Assembly: GCA_022844575.1 (NCBI GenBank)
Contig: JALHLL010000001.1
Location: 5,916 to 51,325 of the forward strand
Source: a bacterium
GTDB lineage: Bacteria > Bacteroidota > Ignavibacteria > Kapaibacteriales > UBA961
Direction of reading: 5' to 3'
Length of the DNA stretch: 45,410 nucleotides
Positions 15,967 through 24,305 of this stretch are shown piece after piece. The position numbers and the translations under genes are program-made. Each line of letters starts with the position of its first letter. The first letter of the stretch is position 1. The notes below the pieces were generated by a model. The model saw only the letters and a program-made list of their open reading frames with translations, ran no database searches and was not told the DNA's origin.

Positions 15967-18837
15967 TTATCGTAATCGGTAGCTTATGCCAAGACTATAT
16001 GTAGTGCCTCTTAAATTGGAAGCAATTGTTTTTCCCCCTTGTAGCCATACCAATTCCTGATTCAGAATATCTCTTGCAACAAGTTTTACTTCCATCGAAT
16101 TATCCAAAAAGGGTTGGATAATAGTAAAATCAATAACATCTCGCGGCTGCTCATATACATGGGGATCATCGAAGGAAAATGCACCGCGCAGTCCGACCTG
16201 AACTATTCTTCGACCATATTTATTATAGCCGATATTAACGGATGTACCGAATGTAGGGTTTGTATAAAACAGTCCTATATTAAGCGAATAGGGTGACTGC
16301 CCCCAAATAGTTCTTTTATCTTCCGAGCGACCCTGTAGTACCGTAATTTCGGAGTTAATAAGAGAAAGATTAAAATTCACACCGAAATCAGATAAAAAAT
16401 CGGTAATAAAACTTAATGATTTGCGTGCCTCGAATTCGACACCATAATTATTTGCTTTACCATCGGCGGTTTTTTTGCCGGTGGAATCAACACTTTGTCC
16501 ATTGGAGAATGTTCTGATATACTCGCTTGAAACTTGGTCAATAGTTTCTTCGATAGGATTGGTAAGGTTTTTATAGAATAAACTGATAGAAAATACTTCA
16601 CCCGGATTTGAGAAGTATTCCCAACGTATATCGTAATTGGAAATTAATGTACGTTCCAAATTCGGATTTCCGCGCACTACGAATAATGATTGGAAGTCAT
16701 AAAATGCAAAGGGCGCAAATTCGCGTAAGTTAGGGCGTGTTAATGTTCTTGTGGCAGAAAAACGGAAATTTGTTTTTTCATTCATTTTATATACGACATT
16801 GAATGAAGGCAACCAATCTGTTGTTTTATAATTTAAATTAATCGGATTACCTTCCGTATCAGAGCTCTGAAGCGATTGAACGGCATCTTCAACTCTTGCA
16901 CCTCCGATAAATCTGAATTGTTCATCAAACAGAGTAAAAGGTGCGTCAATCATTAAGAATGCCGCATTTAAGTCTTCACCTGCCGTATATGAATCGCTTC
17001 TTTTAGAATCTTCCGACATTCCAAGACCACCCGGACGAAAATTTTCCGCACGGAAAAGACTGTCCGGTGTATCGGAAAAGTCAATATCGAAATCCGCTCC
17101 GCTTGTCGGCTGATTGATAGTAAAAGAACGTACTCCGAAATTCCTGCTTTTTCTTTCTATTAAAAATCCTGTTTTTAATTTAATATCATTACTTATCGGT
17201 AGGGCAAAATTTAATGCTGCATTTCTTCCTATATCACTTAGGTTGGAAAAAAAGCGGCCTGCTAAAGTACCGTCTCCCTGTGGGGTGGGTTGTATATCAG
17301 CTGTAAAAGGAAGTGTTGAATCAACCGATTGACGAGAGTAGCGTAAACGTCTAAAATCAGGTTCATCACGCATGGATTCCGAATATCCGAGTCTCCAATC
17401 GAAAAACAGATTATTTACGATTGCATTACTATCGAAAGAAATGCTATGCTCACCATTCAGTTGGGTTGATAATAATTGTTTTTGAACAAATTGCCAACTT
17501 GAAGGACGTATATCAATACCCTGCGGAATATCGCTACCATTAAGTAATGTTGTTTCATCATCACTTGAACGATTAAATACATTTTTAAAGCTTACGGAAC
17601 TATGCGCACCTATTTTGTAGGCAAAATTCGCCATACCCCCATAGTTTACGGAATATGTGGAAACGACACCTACATTTTCCTGACGATATTCCTTATCGGC
17701 AAGAATAGGACTTCTCGTAATGGAGTTTATCGCATACGCATTGCCATAATTAACGGAAGCAATTACCCCTAAATCATTATCGGCAATATTATATAAATTA
17801 GTAAACGATAGCGCAAAAGAAGTATTCGGATTAGCTGTAAAAGATTCTTTATTCCAAACATTCTGATTAAAACCACGTGCAAAATTCTGCAAAGTACTTT
17901 TAGCCGAGTCACCCGATGCATCATTTCTTCTTGCAGCTAGAATCAAACGATTTATTTCATCACGACTGCTCGGCGCACTTGCCGGCATTGCCCTTGTACC
18001 GTCATCCTGTGCAAGCCAGTCATCAGCACCGCCCGGATATGAATTAAATTGATTATCGCTTATTTGTACATTATTATTTGCCGATGTGGAAATACTTGCT
18101 TTTACCGAAAATCCATCGGGGAAATCAATCGTATTTAATTGAACCAATCCGCCTGCAAAATTACCCGGCAAATCGGGTGTAAAGGATTTGGCAATATTAG
18201 CACTTTGTAGAAATTCGGATGGAAACATACCGAAGTCGAATGAACGTTTGTCGGGTTCCGTTGATGTTAGTGTCGAGCCGTTTAATGTAGTATTACTATA
18301 TCTATCGCTTGACCCACGAACATAAATAAACTTATCGCCGACCAATGTTACACCCGAAACCCTTTTTAATGCCTGCCCGGCATCGGCATCCGGTAAACGG
18401 GAAATTTCCTCTTTACTCACACCATCACTTACCTGCGCCGAATTTTTTCGATTAGCAAGAATTGCCTCTTTTGATTCTTTATTGGCGCGAGCGGTAACAA
18501 TTACTTCTTTTTCATCTTTTTTGGGAAATAACACAACATTAACCGTTACGGATTTCTCGGGCGTAACCTCAACATTTTCTATTGTTTTTGTCTGTAATCC
18601 TACATAAGAAAATTTAAGAGAATATTTTCCTACCGACACCGACTTGATTGTGTATTTACCTTTTACATCCGTATATGCACCTTTTTTTGTACCTATTATT
18701 TGTACGGTTGCACTACGTAAGGGCTCACCCGATTCACCATCCGTTACAACTCCTGTAATTGTGCTGTTATTTTGTGCGGATGAATAACTTATGACAGTGA
18801 AAATAAACACTAAAAAAGTACCAAAGCGTTTGCCCAT
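15967..18837 (-). CDS. TonB-dependent receptor with CarboxypepD_reg-like N-terminal domain (cassette 1)
   Basis: It has a signal peptide after MGKRFGTFLVF and a carboxypeptidase-regulatory-like domain (GVVTDGESGEPL...GKYSLKFSYVGL). The plug region is VSDGVSKEEISRLPDADAGQALKRVSGVT, followed by a long beta-barrel. I place the start at 18837: GGAGGT lies 10 nt upstream, and the ORF-track extension is the conserved leader read through. Confidence 0.9.
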   Translation of the reverse strand: MGKRFGTFLVFIFTVISYSSAQNNSTITGVVTDGESGEPLRSATVQIIGTKKGAYTDVKGKYTIKSVSVGKYSLKFSYVGLQTKTIENVEVTPEKSVTVNVVLFPKKDEKEVIVTARANKESKEAILANRKNSAQVSDGVSKEEISRLPDADAGQALKRVSGVTLVGDKFIYVRGSSDRYSNTTLNGSTLTSTEPDKRSFDFGMFPSEFLQSANIAKSFTPDLPGNFAGGLVQLNTIDFPDGFSVKASISTSANNNVQISDNQFNSYPGGADDWLAQDDGTRAMPASAPSSRDEINRLILAARRNDASGDSAKSTLQNFARGFNQNVWNKESFTANPNTSFALSFTNLYNIADNDLGVIASVNYGNAYAINSITRSPILADKEYRQENVGVVSTYSVNYGGMANFAYKIGAHSSVSFKNVFNRSSDDETTLLNGSDIPQGIDIRPSSWQFVQKQLLSTQLNGEHSISFDSNAIVNNLFFDWRLGYSESMRDEPDFRRLRYSRQSVDSTLPFTADIQPTPQGDGTLAGRFFSNLSDIGRNAALNFALPISNDIKLKTGFLIERKSRNFGVRSFTINQPTSGADFDIDFSDTPDSLFRAENFRPGGLGMSEDSKRSDSYTAGEDLNAAFLMIDAPFTLFDEQFRFIGGARVEDAVQSLQSSDTEGNPINLNYKTTDWLPSFNVVYKMNEKTNFRFSATRTLTRPNLREFAPFAFYDFQSLFVVRGNPNLERTLISNYDIRWEYFSNPGEVFSISLFYKNLTNPIEETIDQVSSEYIRTFSNGQSVDSTGKKTADGKANNYGVEFEARKSLSFITDFLSDFGVNFNLSLINSEITVLQGRSEDKRTIWGQSPYSLNIGLFYTNPTFGTSVNIGYNKYGRRIVQVGLRGAFSFDDPHVYEQPRDVIDFTIIQPFLDNSMEVKLVARDILNQELVWLQGGKTIASNLRGTTYSLGISYRLR

Positions 18838-18922
18838 AGCGTACGCGACCTCCATAATATTGATAATACGTCCCCGTTCACGCTTATCCCCCACGTTAAC
18901 GATAACTTTTTTTAATCGAACG

Positions 18923-18930
18923 CAAAATTA
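18923..18930 (-). promoter_or_regulatory. candidate -7 box TAATTTTG, cassette 1
   Basis: It is a TAnnTTTG match 86 nt upstream of the ATG. The same octamer lies at nearly the same distance (87 nt) upstream of the cassette 2 ATG (24141-24148). Confidence 0.45.
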
Positions 18931-18948
18931 TAGAGGCAGTATTTTAAC

Positions 18949-18981
18949 AATGTTACGCCAATACTAACAACACGTAACATT
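18949..18981. promoter_or_regulatory. operator-like inverted repeat AATGTTACG-N15-CGTAACATT
   Basis: The arms are perfect 9-bp repeats at 18949-18957 and 18973-18981, starting 19 bp upstream of the -7 box. A counterpart lies at the same offset in cassette 2. Confidence 0.45.
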
Positions 18982-19023
18982 AACAACATGTAATATTGGA
19001 ATTATTTTCTCGATCGAAAATTG

Positions 19024-19060
19024 AATAAAAAAAGGCGTATTTCTTAAAGAAATACGCCCT
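19024..19060 (-). terminator. rho-independent terminator of cassette 2
   Basis: The minus-strand RNA reads GGCGUAUUUC-UUUAA-GAAAUACGCC, followed by UUUUUUUAUUC. Confidence 0.8.
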
Positions 19061-19061
19061 G

Positions 19062-19081
19062 TTTCCGTGTGGGGTATGGAG
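19062..19081 (-). promoter_or_regulatory. conserved 3'-UTR box, copy 2
   Basis: It is identical to 11222-11241 (plus-strand tttccgtgtggggtatggag). Confidence 0.6.
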
Positions 19082-19096
19082 TACGGAAGATTTCTA

Positions 19097-21184
19097 CTAT
19101 CGTACTATCGTTAACGGATAGGAAATTGCTCCGGCATTGCTCTCAATTTGAACATAATAAGTACCAACCGATAAAGTTGATGTATTAAGTTGAACATCAA
19201 AAATACCATTACCACTTGTTTCATAATTTTCCAAAGCAACCATTATTTTATTGCCGATTACATCATATACATTTACCGAAACCGTTGCACGTGAGGGGGT
19301 CGAAAAACGTATCAATGTCATTTCATTTGCCGGATTGGGTAATAAACGCATATCAACACGACTGAGAGAAGGAATTTCTTCATTTTCTACACTTGTAAAT
19401 ACTTGCGGATAGGCTGTATTTACCGGATTATAATTTGCCCATGGCAAATCCCAACGTTCTTGAACATTTACACCGAAAGCACCGCGATAGTTTACTTTCT
19501 CAAAAAAGTTATTATCGAGATTCACCGTACCGATAGTAGCAAACGAAGGGTCACCTATTGTTGCGTTCGGAATAAAATTCGGTGTTTCCGGATTGCGTGT
19601 ATATATTCCTGTAAATGGTGCATATGAGCTGATAGCGCCGGAACCGTTTGTTATATTGTTTGCATTTTTCGATTCCAATAACCATGCTGCATTCATACCC
19701 TCAACAGCACTTTCACCCGATTCCAAAGGAACTCTTAAACCACCACCTTTAATACCATACCATGAATTGTTACGTACCAATAAAGAATCTTTTGAAGCTG
19801 CCGTTAAAGTTCTTGCACCTCTTAATTCATACCCAGCTCGTGGGAAGCCGTAAAAAACGGAATTTATTAATGACATATGCGAATTTCTGCGTACTTGACC
19901 AGCTGAACCGTATAATGTATTCCATTGTTCATTTCCGGAACCTAAGGTACGCGACGTATCATCAATGGGCCCTACTAATGTCATATTACTGAAAATAGGG
20001 CTCGTACGCGGCTTATTGTACGTACCCGTACCATCATTATCAGATTCAAAACATTGGCTTGTGCTTTGGTCGGCAAATTCGCGATAACGTTGTGCCACAC
20101 CAAATTGAATGCGACCGCTAAAACCAAAATCGGTATCAAAGTCATCATCTACCGTACCATTGGCAACAAGGTGTTTTGCATCAACAGTACCGCCAAACCA
20201 TTCAAAAGCATCGTCGCCATTGTGTGTGCATTGAACATTATTGATAGTTGTTCCGCGACCGACTGCTCCTAATGTCAGAGAGTTCAGTTCCTCATTCGGA
20301 AATGCGGCAATACCTGCAAACTCAATACGAACATATTCCAGCGTACCGCTATTGTCATTATCATCAGTACCACCATACCAACCTTTGCCTGATGTAGCCG
20401 CAGCTATACCGCCTTCAAGAGCTGCTTCTCCGGCTTTAACGTTAACTCTGGCTTTGCCGCATATCAAGATACCACCCCAATCGCCTGTGCGTCTTTGTCC
20501 TGCAGGTGCTGAACTTGTGAAAACGATAGGACGTTCTTTAGTACCGCGTGCTTCAATTTTACCACCGCGATTTACGCATAATGCAGAGTTTGTACGAGGT
20601 GTATCACTTACAATAACAACACCGGGCTCTATCGTAAGAGTAGCGCCTGCTTCAACATATGTATAACCGCGTAAACCATATATTTTATTCGGCACATAAG
20701 CAATATTGACAGTACCGGTAATGCTTTGTGGTAAATATTCATCAATTTTAATCGGAGTAGGCGGCGGAGTGATCGAAAATTTATCGCTCAAACCGATAAT
20801 TGTCGGATCATCTCTTTTCACCATTCTCAAATAGCTGCTTTCACCGGCTAATGTAGGTCGGAAAGCAAAACGTGCTTCACCACGACCACGAGTTGAACCC
20901 GCAGAAGCTGCTCCTGAATCATTGTGTACCCAATCAACAGGTAATTGCGTAACCGGATCACGACGTTTAATACGACTCCATGGACCCGATTCGCCTGTTA
21001 CCGAAAATTCCAAATAATATCGTGTACCTCTTGGCGAATTTGTCGTATCCCAGCGAATTGTATAAGATTGCCCAACACTTAATACTGCATTGGCTGCCGG
21101 TGTAGTGATTTTAGGTCCGTTTTGCGCTGAAGTAATAGCTACGCTCAATACTATCATGCAAAAAAGAAGAAACATTTTTTTCAT
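19097..21184 (-). CDS. 695-aa T9SS-sorted surface protein: Ig-like domain + beta-helix-like module + CTD (cassette 2)
   Basis: It has a signal peptide and the same motif set as the 1552-aa protein (GDWGGILICGKA, KAGEAALEGG, WYGGTDDNDNSGTLEYVRIEFAG, NEELNSLTLGAVGRGT, DDAFEWFGGTV, ADQSTSQCFESDNDG). The C-terminal LLPNPANEMTLIRF...GTYYVQIE is a Por_Secre_tail CTD. It lies 32 nt downstream of its TBDR. Confidence 0.85.
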   Translation of the reverse strand: MKKMFLLFCMIVLSVAITSAQNGPKITTPAANAVLSVGQSYTIRWDTTNSPRGTRYYLEFSVTGESGPWSRIKRRDPVTQLPVDWVHNDSGAASAGSTRGRGEARFAFRPTLAGESSYLRMVKRDDPTIIGLSDKFSITPPPTPIKIDEYLPQSITGTVNIAYVPNKIYGLRGYTYVEAGATLTIEPGVVIVSDTPRTNSALCVNRGGKIEARGTKERPIVFTSSAPAGQRRTGDWGGILICGKARVNVKAGEAALEGGIAAATSGKGWYGGTDDNDNSGTLEYVRIEFAGIAAFPNEELNSLTLGAVGRGTTINNVQCTHNGDDAFEWFGGTVDAKHLVANGTVDDDFDTDFGFSGRIQFGVAQRYREFADQSTSQCFESDNDGTGTYNKPRTSPIFSNMTLVGPIDDTSRTLGSGNEQWNTLYGSAGQVRRNSHMSLINSVFYGFPRAGYELRGARTLTAASKDSLLVRNNSWYGIKGGGLRVPLESGESAVEGMNAAWLLESKNANNITNGSGAISSYAPFTGIYTRNPETPNFIPNATIGDPSFATIGTVNLDNNFFEKVNYRGAFGVNVQERWDLPWANYNPVNTAYPQVFTSVENEEIPSLSRVDMRLLPNPANEMTLIRFSTPSRATVSVNVYDVIGNKIMVALENYETSGNGIFDVQLNTSTLSVGTYYVQIESNAGAISYPLTIVR

Positions 21185-21216
21185 AAATTTAACTCTATTA
21201 TTAAAGAAATAAAATA

Positions 21217-24054
21217 CTAGAATTTTAGTCCGAGACTGAAATTGACTGTACGACCTCTTAAATTAGAAGCGATATTATTACCGCCTTGCAACCATATTAA
21301 TTGCTGATTTAATACATCGCGAACAACCAAACGTACCTCAAGAAGTTCTAAAAACGGTTGCGATACGGATATATCAACAACATCACGAGGTTGCTCATAT
21401 ACATGCGGATTTGCAAAATCATAACTGCCTAATAAACCAACTTGAATTATGCGTTCTCCCGCACGATTATAACCGAGATTAAATTGAGTACCCCAAGAAG
21501 GGTGCTGATAGAATAATCCGAGATTTACGGAATATGGTGATTGCCCCCACATACGACGCGTATCGTTAATATTGCCTTGGCGAACATTGACGCTGGAATT
21601 AATAAGCGATACATTAAGCGAAGCACCTAAGTTTTCAAATCCTTCACCAATAAATCCTAATTGTTTACGTAATTCAAATTCGATACCGTAATTTGTCGCC
21701 AAACCCGCAGCATTTTGAAATGAAAAAACAGGATTTCCGCTTGAAGGTAAAATTGTTTCTTCTATTGCGTTTTCAAAACTTTTGTAAAAAGCACTTACGG
21801 AAATTACTTCGCCCGGATTAGGGAAATATTCATATCGTGCATCTACATTCCAGATAAGTGCGCGTACCAAATCGGTATTACCTTGCACACGTGCCTGGCG
21901 TTGAAAATCAAAAAAGGCAAAAGGTGCAAATTCACGTAAATTGGGTCTTGTTAAAGTTTGCGAACCGGAAACACGAACATTTGAATTTTCAGATGATTTC
22001 CATATTAAATTCAAAGCAGGAAGAATATCCGTATTTTTTCTTTCAACGGAAATCAGTTGATTATCGCCCGTATATACCGAAGGCAAACGTTGAATATTAT
22101 CTTCAATACGCACACCGGTAATAATTCTGAATTGTTCATCGCCAAAACTAAACGGGACATCAAACATTACATAGCCGGCATTTAATTGCTCCTCAGCCAT
22201 ATACTGATCTGATTTTTTAGAATCTTCCGCAATGCCTAATCCGTTTGCACGGAAATTTGTGGAATCAAATAATTTTTCCGGTGAGTCGGTTAGGTTTATT
22301 CCTTCGGGATCAACGTCAGGAAAGACCGTTTTACTTTGAATAATAGTAAATGATCGTGCTCCGAAATCACGGTCGCGACGTTCAAGTAATCCGCCTACTT
22401 TTATTTTAGTTGTTTCTATGGGAATGGTAATATTTAATGCACCTGTATAAGCATTATCCGTCAAATCGGAAAAAAATCTGCCCGCTACCGTACCATCGCC
22501 TTTTGAAGTACTCGGAACATCAGCGGAAAATAATTCCGTAGTGCTGCCAAGTTGGCGCGAGTAACGTAAACGGCGTAAATCGGGTTCATTACGGGTACTT
22601 TGTGAATAACCGCCATTCCATTCTGCAAGAATATCTCCGGGTAAATTATGCTGCCCTGCAATTTGACCGGAATACAATGATTTTTCTATAAATTGAGCAC
22701 TATAATATCGGCGTTCTCTATCTTGATTAAAATCTTCACCTTGTAATAATACAACCTCATCGTCAATGGATTGATTGTAAATATTTTTAAAAGCAAGGGT
22801 GGAATGCCCACCTAATTTATAAGCAATATTAAAAAGACCACCCCATCCGGCACTACGCGTGGAAACCGAACCGCCATAATTATATTGTTTATTACCCGCA
22901 CCTGATAATCCGGCACGTGTAATTTGATTAATCGAATAACCGTTAGAATAATTTGCGGAAGCAATGATACCTAAATCATTATCGGCAACATCCAATAAAT
23001 TACTATAAGAAAGACTCATACCCATATTAACAGGTGCAGCCGTATTTTCCTGTTTCCAAACAGATGAGTTAAATGCCCTACCCAACCCTATCCATTCTCT
23101 TGCTGCTACACCATTATCCGCTTCGGGATTACCTGCATGGCGAATTAAATTGTCCATTTCTGTCGAAGTAGTAGGCACTCCGGAAACCATGCTACGCGTA
23201 CCATCATCAAAAGCAAGCCAATCGCTATCGCCGCCGGAATATGTTTGAAAAGCACCGTCGCGTAATGTTACATTATTATTGTATGCCGATGAAATACCGA
23301 ATTTAAAAGCATTACCTTGTGGAAAATCAACCGTATTTAATTGTACCAATCCACCGGCAAAGTTTCCGGGCATATCGGGGGTAAATGATTTTAATACATT
23401 CGCACTTTGCAAAAATTCCGAAGGGAACATATCGAAAGCAAATGCTTTTTTATCGGGTTCGGTAGATGTAAGTGCGGCTCCGTTTAATGTCGTATTATTA
23501 TAGCGTTCGCTTACGCCACGTACATATACGAATTTATCGCCAACAACGGTAACACCCGTAATACGTTTTAGTGCCTGTCCGGCATCACCATCGGGTAATT
23601 TGGCAATCTCTTCTTGCCCTACTCCATCGCTTACTTGTGCGGCATTTTTTCTTTGAGCAAGTATCGCTTCTTTCGACTCCCTATTGGCACGTGCGGTAAC
23701 AACCACTTCGTCCGCTTTTTTATTTTCCAATTTCAAAACCACATTTACCGATACGGTTTTGCCCGCAGCTACCTCTACCTTTTCAATCAATTTGGTTTCA
23801 AAACCAACATATCGGAAACGTAATGAATAAGTACCCGTAGCAACCTTCTTTATGGTGTATTTGCCCGTTACATCGGAATAAGCACCTTTTTTTGTGGGCT
23901 GTTTTTCCGGTGTTAGTAACTCTACGGTAACACTGCGCATAATATCGCCCGTTTCCCCGTCAGTTATTTTGCCGGTTATAATTCCATCTTGTGCTTTCGT
24001 GGCAAATAAAGAAGTGAGTGTAAGAACAAGAATTGTAATAATGCGTTTGCTCAT
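21217..24054 (-). CDS. TonB-dependent receptor with CarboxypepD_reg-like N-terminal domain (cassette 2)
   Basis: It is collinear with the 15967-18837 receptor throughout and ends in the typical terminal Phe (LGLKF). The start is placed at MSKRIITILVL (24054), 10 nt after GGAGGT. Confidence 0.9.
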   Translation of the reverse strand: MSKRIITILVLTLTSLFATKAQDGIITGKITDGETGDIMRSVTVELLTPEKQPTKKGAYSDVTGKYTIKKVATGTYSLRFRYVGFETKLIEKVEVAAGKTVSVNVVLKLENKKADEVVVTARANRESKEAILAQRKNAAQVSDGVGQEEIAKLPDGDAGQALKRITGVTVVGDKFVYVRGVSERYNNTTLNGAALTSTEPDKKAFAFDMFPSEFLQSANVLKSFTPDMPGNFAGGLVQLNTVDFPQGNAFKFGISSAYNNNVTLRDGAFQTYSGGDSDWLAFDDGTRSMVSGVPTTSTEMDNLIRHAGNPEADNGVAAREWIGLGRAFNSSVWKQENTAAPVNMGMSLSYSNLLDVADNDLGIIASANYSNGYSINQITRAGLSGAGNKQYNYGGSVSTRSAGWGGLFNIAYKLGGHSTLAFKNIYNQSIDDEVVLLQGEDFNQDRERRYYSAQFIEKSLYSGQIAGQHNLPGDILAEWNGGYSQSTRNEPDLRRLRYSRQLGSTTELFSADVPSTSKGDGTVAGRFFSDLTDNAYTGALNITIPIETTKIKVGGLLERRDRDFGARSFTIIQSKTVFPDVDPEGINLTDSPEKLFDSTNFRANGLGIAEDSKKSDQYMAEEQLNAGYVMFDVPFSFGDEQFRIITGVRIEDNIQRLPSVYTGDNQLISVERKNTDILPALNLIWKSSENSNVRVSGSQTLTRPNLREFAPFAFFDFQRQARVQGNTDLVRALIWNVDARYEYFPNPGEVISVSAFYKSFENAIEETILPSSGNPVFSFQNAAGLATNYGIEFELRKQLGFIGEGFENLGASLNVSLINSSVNVRQGNINDTRRMWGQSPYSVNLGLFYQHPSWGTQFNLGYNRAGERIIQVGLLGSYDFANPHVYEQPRDVVDISVSQPFLELLEVRLVVRDVLNQQLIWLQGGNNIASNLRGRTVNFSLGLKF

Positions 24055-24140
24055 GGCGTACGCAACCTCCATAATGTTTGTGATGTGTGCCGACCACGCT
24101 TTTTCCCCACACGGTTTCGGCATTATTTACTCTACAGTCA

Positions 24141-24148
24141 CAAAATTA
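24141..24148 (-). promoter_or_regulatory. candidate -7 box TAATTTTG, cassette 2
   Basis: It is a TAnnTTTG match 87 nt upstream of the ATG at 24054. It is positionally equivalent to 18923-18930. Confidence 0.45.
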
Positions 24149-24166
24149 TCTTTACAGTGTATCCGG

Positions 24167-24199
24167 AATGTTATCGTAGTGTTATCAATACATAACATG
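24167..24199. promoter_or_regulatory. operator-like inverted repeat AATGTTATCG ... CATAACATG
   Basis: The arms are ATGTTAT / ATAACAT. The total span (33 bp) and the offset from the -7 box are the same as for the cassette 1 repeat. Confidence 0.4.
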
Positions 24200-24305
24200 A
24201 ACTTTTTAGCATTATTCGTGGCGACTCAGGGGTCGGCACAACTATAAAAAGTTAGTAGTTAGGGCATAAACAGGGCTTATCGGCAAAAGGAAATTGAATG
24301 AATGT

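Noticed and set aside
18838-18894. N-terminal extensions of both TBDR ORFs in the track (18838-18894 and 24055-24123) share the peptide NIMEVAYAM, which could suggest a conserved coding N-terminus.
   Set aside because: The conservation is at the nucleotide level and includes a GGAGGT Shine-Dalgarno 10 nt before an internal Met. That Met opens a normal signal peptide (MGKRFGTFLVF / MSKRIITILVL). The residues upstream of NIMEVAYAM are unrelated between the two copies. I treat it as a 5' leader, not as coding.
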